Positions 62,718 to 64,000 of a DNA stretch of 64,000 nt are shown piece after piece. Origin of the DNA: an uncultured Hormoscilla sp. (GTDB taxonomy: Bacteria; Cyanobacteriota; Cyanobacteriia; Cyanobacteriales; Desertifilaceae); contig OZ001293.3 in NCBI GenBank assembly GCA_963921275.4, positions 4,128,001 through 4,192,000 on the forward strand. The letters are read 5' to 3'. A program made the translations under genes and the position numbers. The notes beneath the pieces were generated by a model. The model saw nothing but the letters and a program-made list of their open reading frames with translations, did not search any database and was not told the DNA's origin. The number at the start of each line of letters is the position of its first letter. The stretch's first letter is position 1.

Positions 62718-64000
62718 CTATCGGCCAATACCCACATAGCGGAAACCAGCAGCTTCTAAAACCTTCCGATCGAGGAAATTGCGACCATCAATCATGACTG
62801 CATGACTCATCCGCTTTGCCATCTTGCCGTAGTCTAAAGTCAGAAACTGCTGCCATTCTGTCACGACGACTAAGGCATCGCAACCATCTGCTAGCATTTC
62901 TGGTTCCGTTTCCACGATCGCCCCGGACAAACCGTGACGCATTCCCGTTTGAGAAATAATCGGATCGTAAGCTTTCACCTTAGCACCCAGGCGATTCAGT
63001 TCTTCAATCAAATTCAGTGAGGGGGCATCTCGGAGATCGTCCGTATCGGGTTTGAAGGTTAAACCCAAAAGTCCCACAACCTTCCCCTTGAGGATTTTCA
63101 GTTCCTGCTGCAGTTTATCCACCGCGATCGCCCGCTGGCGTTGATTAACATTGACTGCGGCATTCAGCAGTTCCGTGTCATAATTATAGTCCTTTGCGGT
63201 ATGAATCAAAGCCGAAACATCTTTGGGGAAGCAGGAACCGCCCCAACCTATGCCTGCTTGCAAAAACTTGTTGCCAATTCTCGAATCTAAACCAATTCCT
63301 TTAGCCACCTGGGTCACGTCCGCACCCACCTTGTCGCAAATATTGGCAACTTCATTGATAAAACTAATCTTAGTTGCCAGGAAGGCATTCGCCGCATACT
63401 TAATCATCTCCGCCGAACTCAGATCCGTCACCACCACTGGCACGGGAGGTAAGGACTTATCTTCGCCAAACTTGCGTTCCACGATCGGGCGGTAGAGTTC
63501 TTGCATCATGGCGATCGCCTTGTCGCTATCACTGCCCAGCACGATCCGGTCTGGATTAAAGGTATCATAAACCGCCGAACCTTCCCGCAGAAACTCGGGA
63601 TTACTGACCACATCAAACTCAGCCTTAATTTGCGTCAGGGCCTCTTCTCCAGAAACCCCATCTTCTCCCGCTTTCTGTCGGTCTTTAATTCCATCCAACA
63701 CGATCATCCGCGCCCAGTCCCCAGACCCGATCGGCACGGTAGATTTATTCACAATCACCTTATAACCTTCTGTCAGATGCTGACCGATGCCCCGCGCCAC
63801 AGCTTCCACGTAGCGGGTATCGCTATCACCGCTAGGCAAAGCTGGCGTTCCCACGGCGATAAACAAAATCTCTCCATAATCCACACCCATCGCCAAATCT
63901 GAGGTGAACTCCAGATTACCCGCCTGACTCGCACCCTGCATTATCTCCGACAGTCCCGGTTCGTAGATCGGCGACTGTCCCGACTTCATTAATTTTACCT
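62718..64000 (-). CDS. ugd: UDP-glucose 6-dehydrogenase, 5'-partial
   Basis: IAVGTP, KSTVP, NPEFLREG, GGSCFPKD, FKPDTDD. Confidence 0.93.
   Translation of the reverse strand, partial: VKLMKSGQSPIYEPGLSEIMQGASQAGNLEFTSDLAMGVDYGEILFIAVGTPALPSGDSDTRYVEAVARGIGQHLTEGYKVIVNKSTVPIGSGDWARMIVLDGIKDRQKAGEDGVSGEEALTQIKAEFDVVSNPEFLREGSAVYDTFNPDRIVLGSDSDKAIAMMQELYRPIVERKFGEDKSLPPVPVVVTDLSSAEMIKYAANAFLATKISFINEVANICDKVGADVTQVAKGIGLDSRIGNKFLQAGIGWGGSCFPKDVSALIHTAKDYNYDTELLNAAVNVNQRQRAIAVDKLQQELKILKGKVVGLLGLTFKPDTDDLRDAPSLNLIEELNRLGAKVKAYDPIISQTGMRHGLSGAIVETEPEMLADGCDALVVVTEWQQFLTLDYGKMAKRMSHAVMIDGRNFLDRKVLEAAGFRYVGIGR

Overview
Chromosomal window from a cyanobacterium (very frequent HIP1 GCGATCGC; psbV, ccb, phycobilisome-linker genes) in heavy genome decay. 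Intact core genes (PBP1A, rbp, psbV, accD, pilD, lptC, metG, pstS, ugd) are interspersed with roughly 20 pseudogenes or gene scraps, IS elements (IS5, IS982, ISKra4, IS4), MITEs and palindromic repeats. Three things stand out. (1) A eukaryote-like ubiquitin-conjugation operon, E1 - YukD-type Ubl (ending LEAG-QK) - HPN/Cys E2 - JAB, at 8948-11483. The ORF track hides it because of one frameshift (E1) and one in-frame stop (E2). (2) Four related group II introns. Two are ORF-less and split host genes (rhomboid protease, chromate transporter) whose frames are restored by splicing. Each intron with an intact 5' end has an EBS1 matching its own flank, and the two complete ones appear to end in CC rather than AY. 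(3) A nesting family of short palindromic elements that forms intergenic arrays and also sits in frame inside metG, a hydrolase, an adenylate cyclase and a conserved hypothetical gene. All assignments come from motif recognition by eye; no database searches were run.
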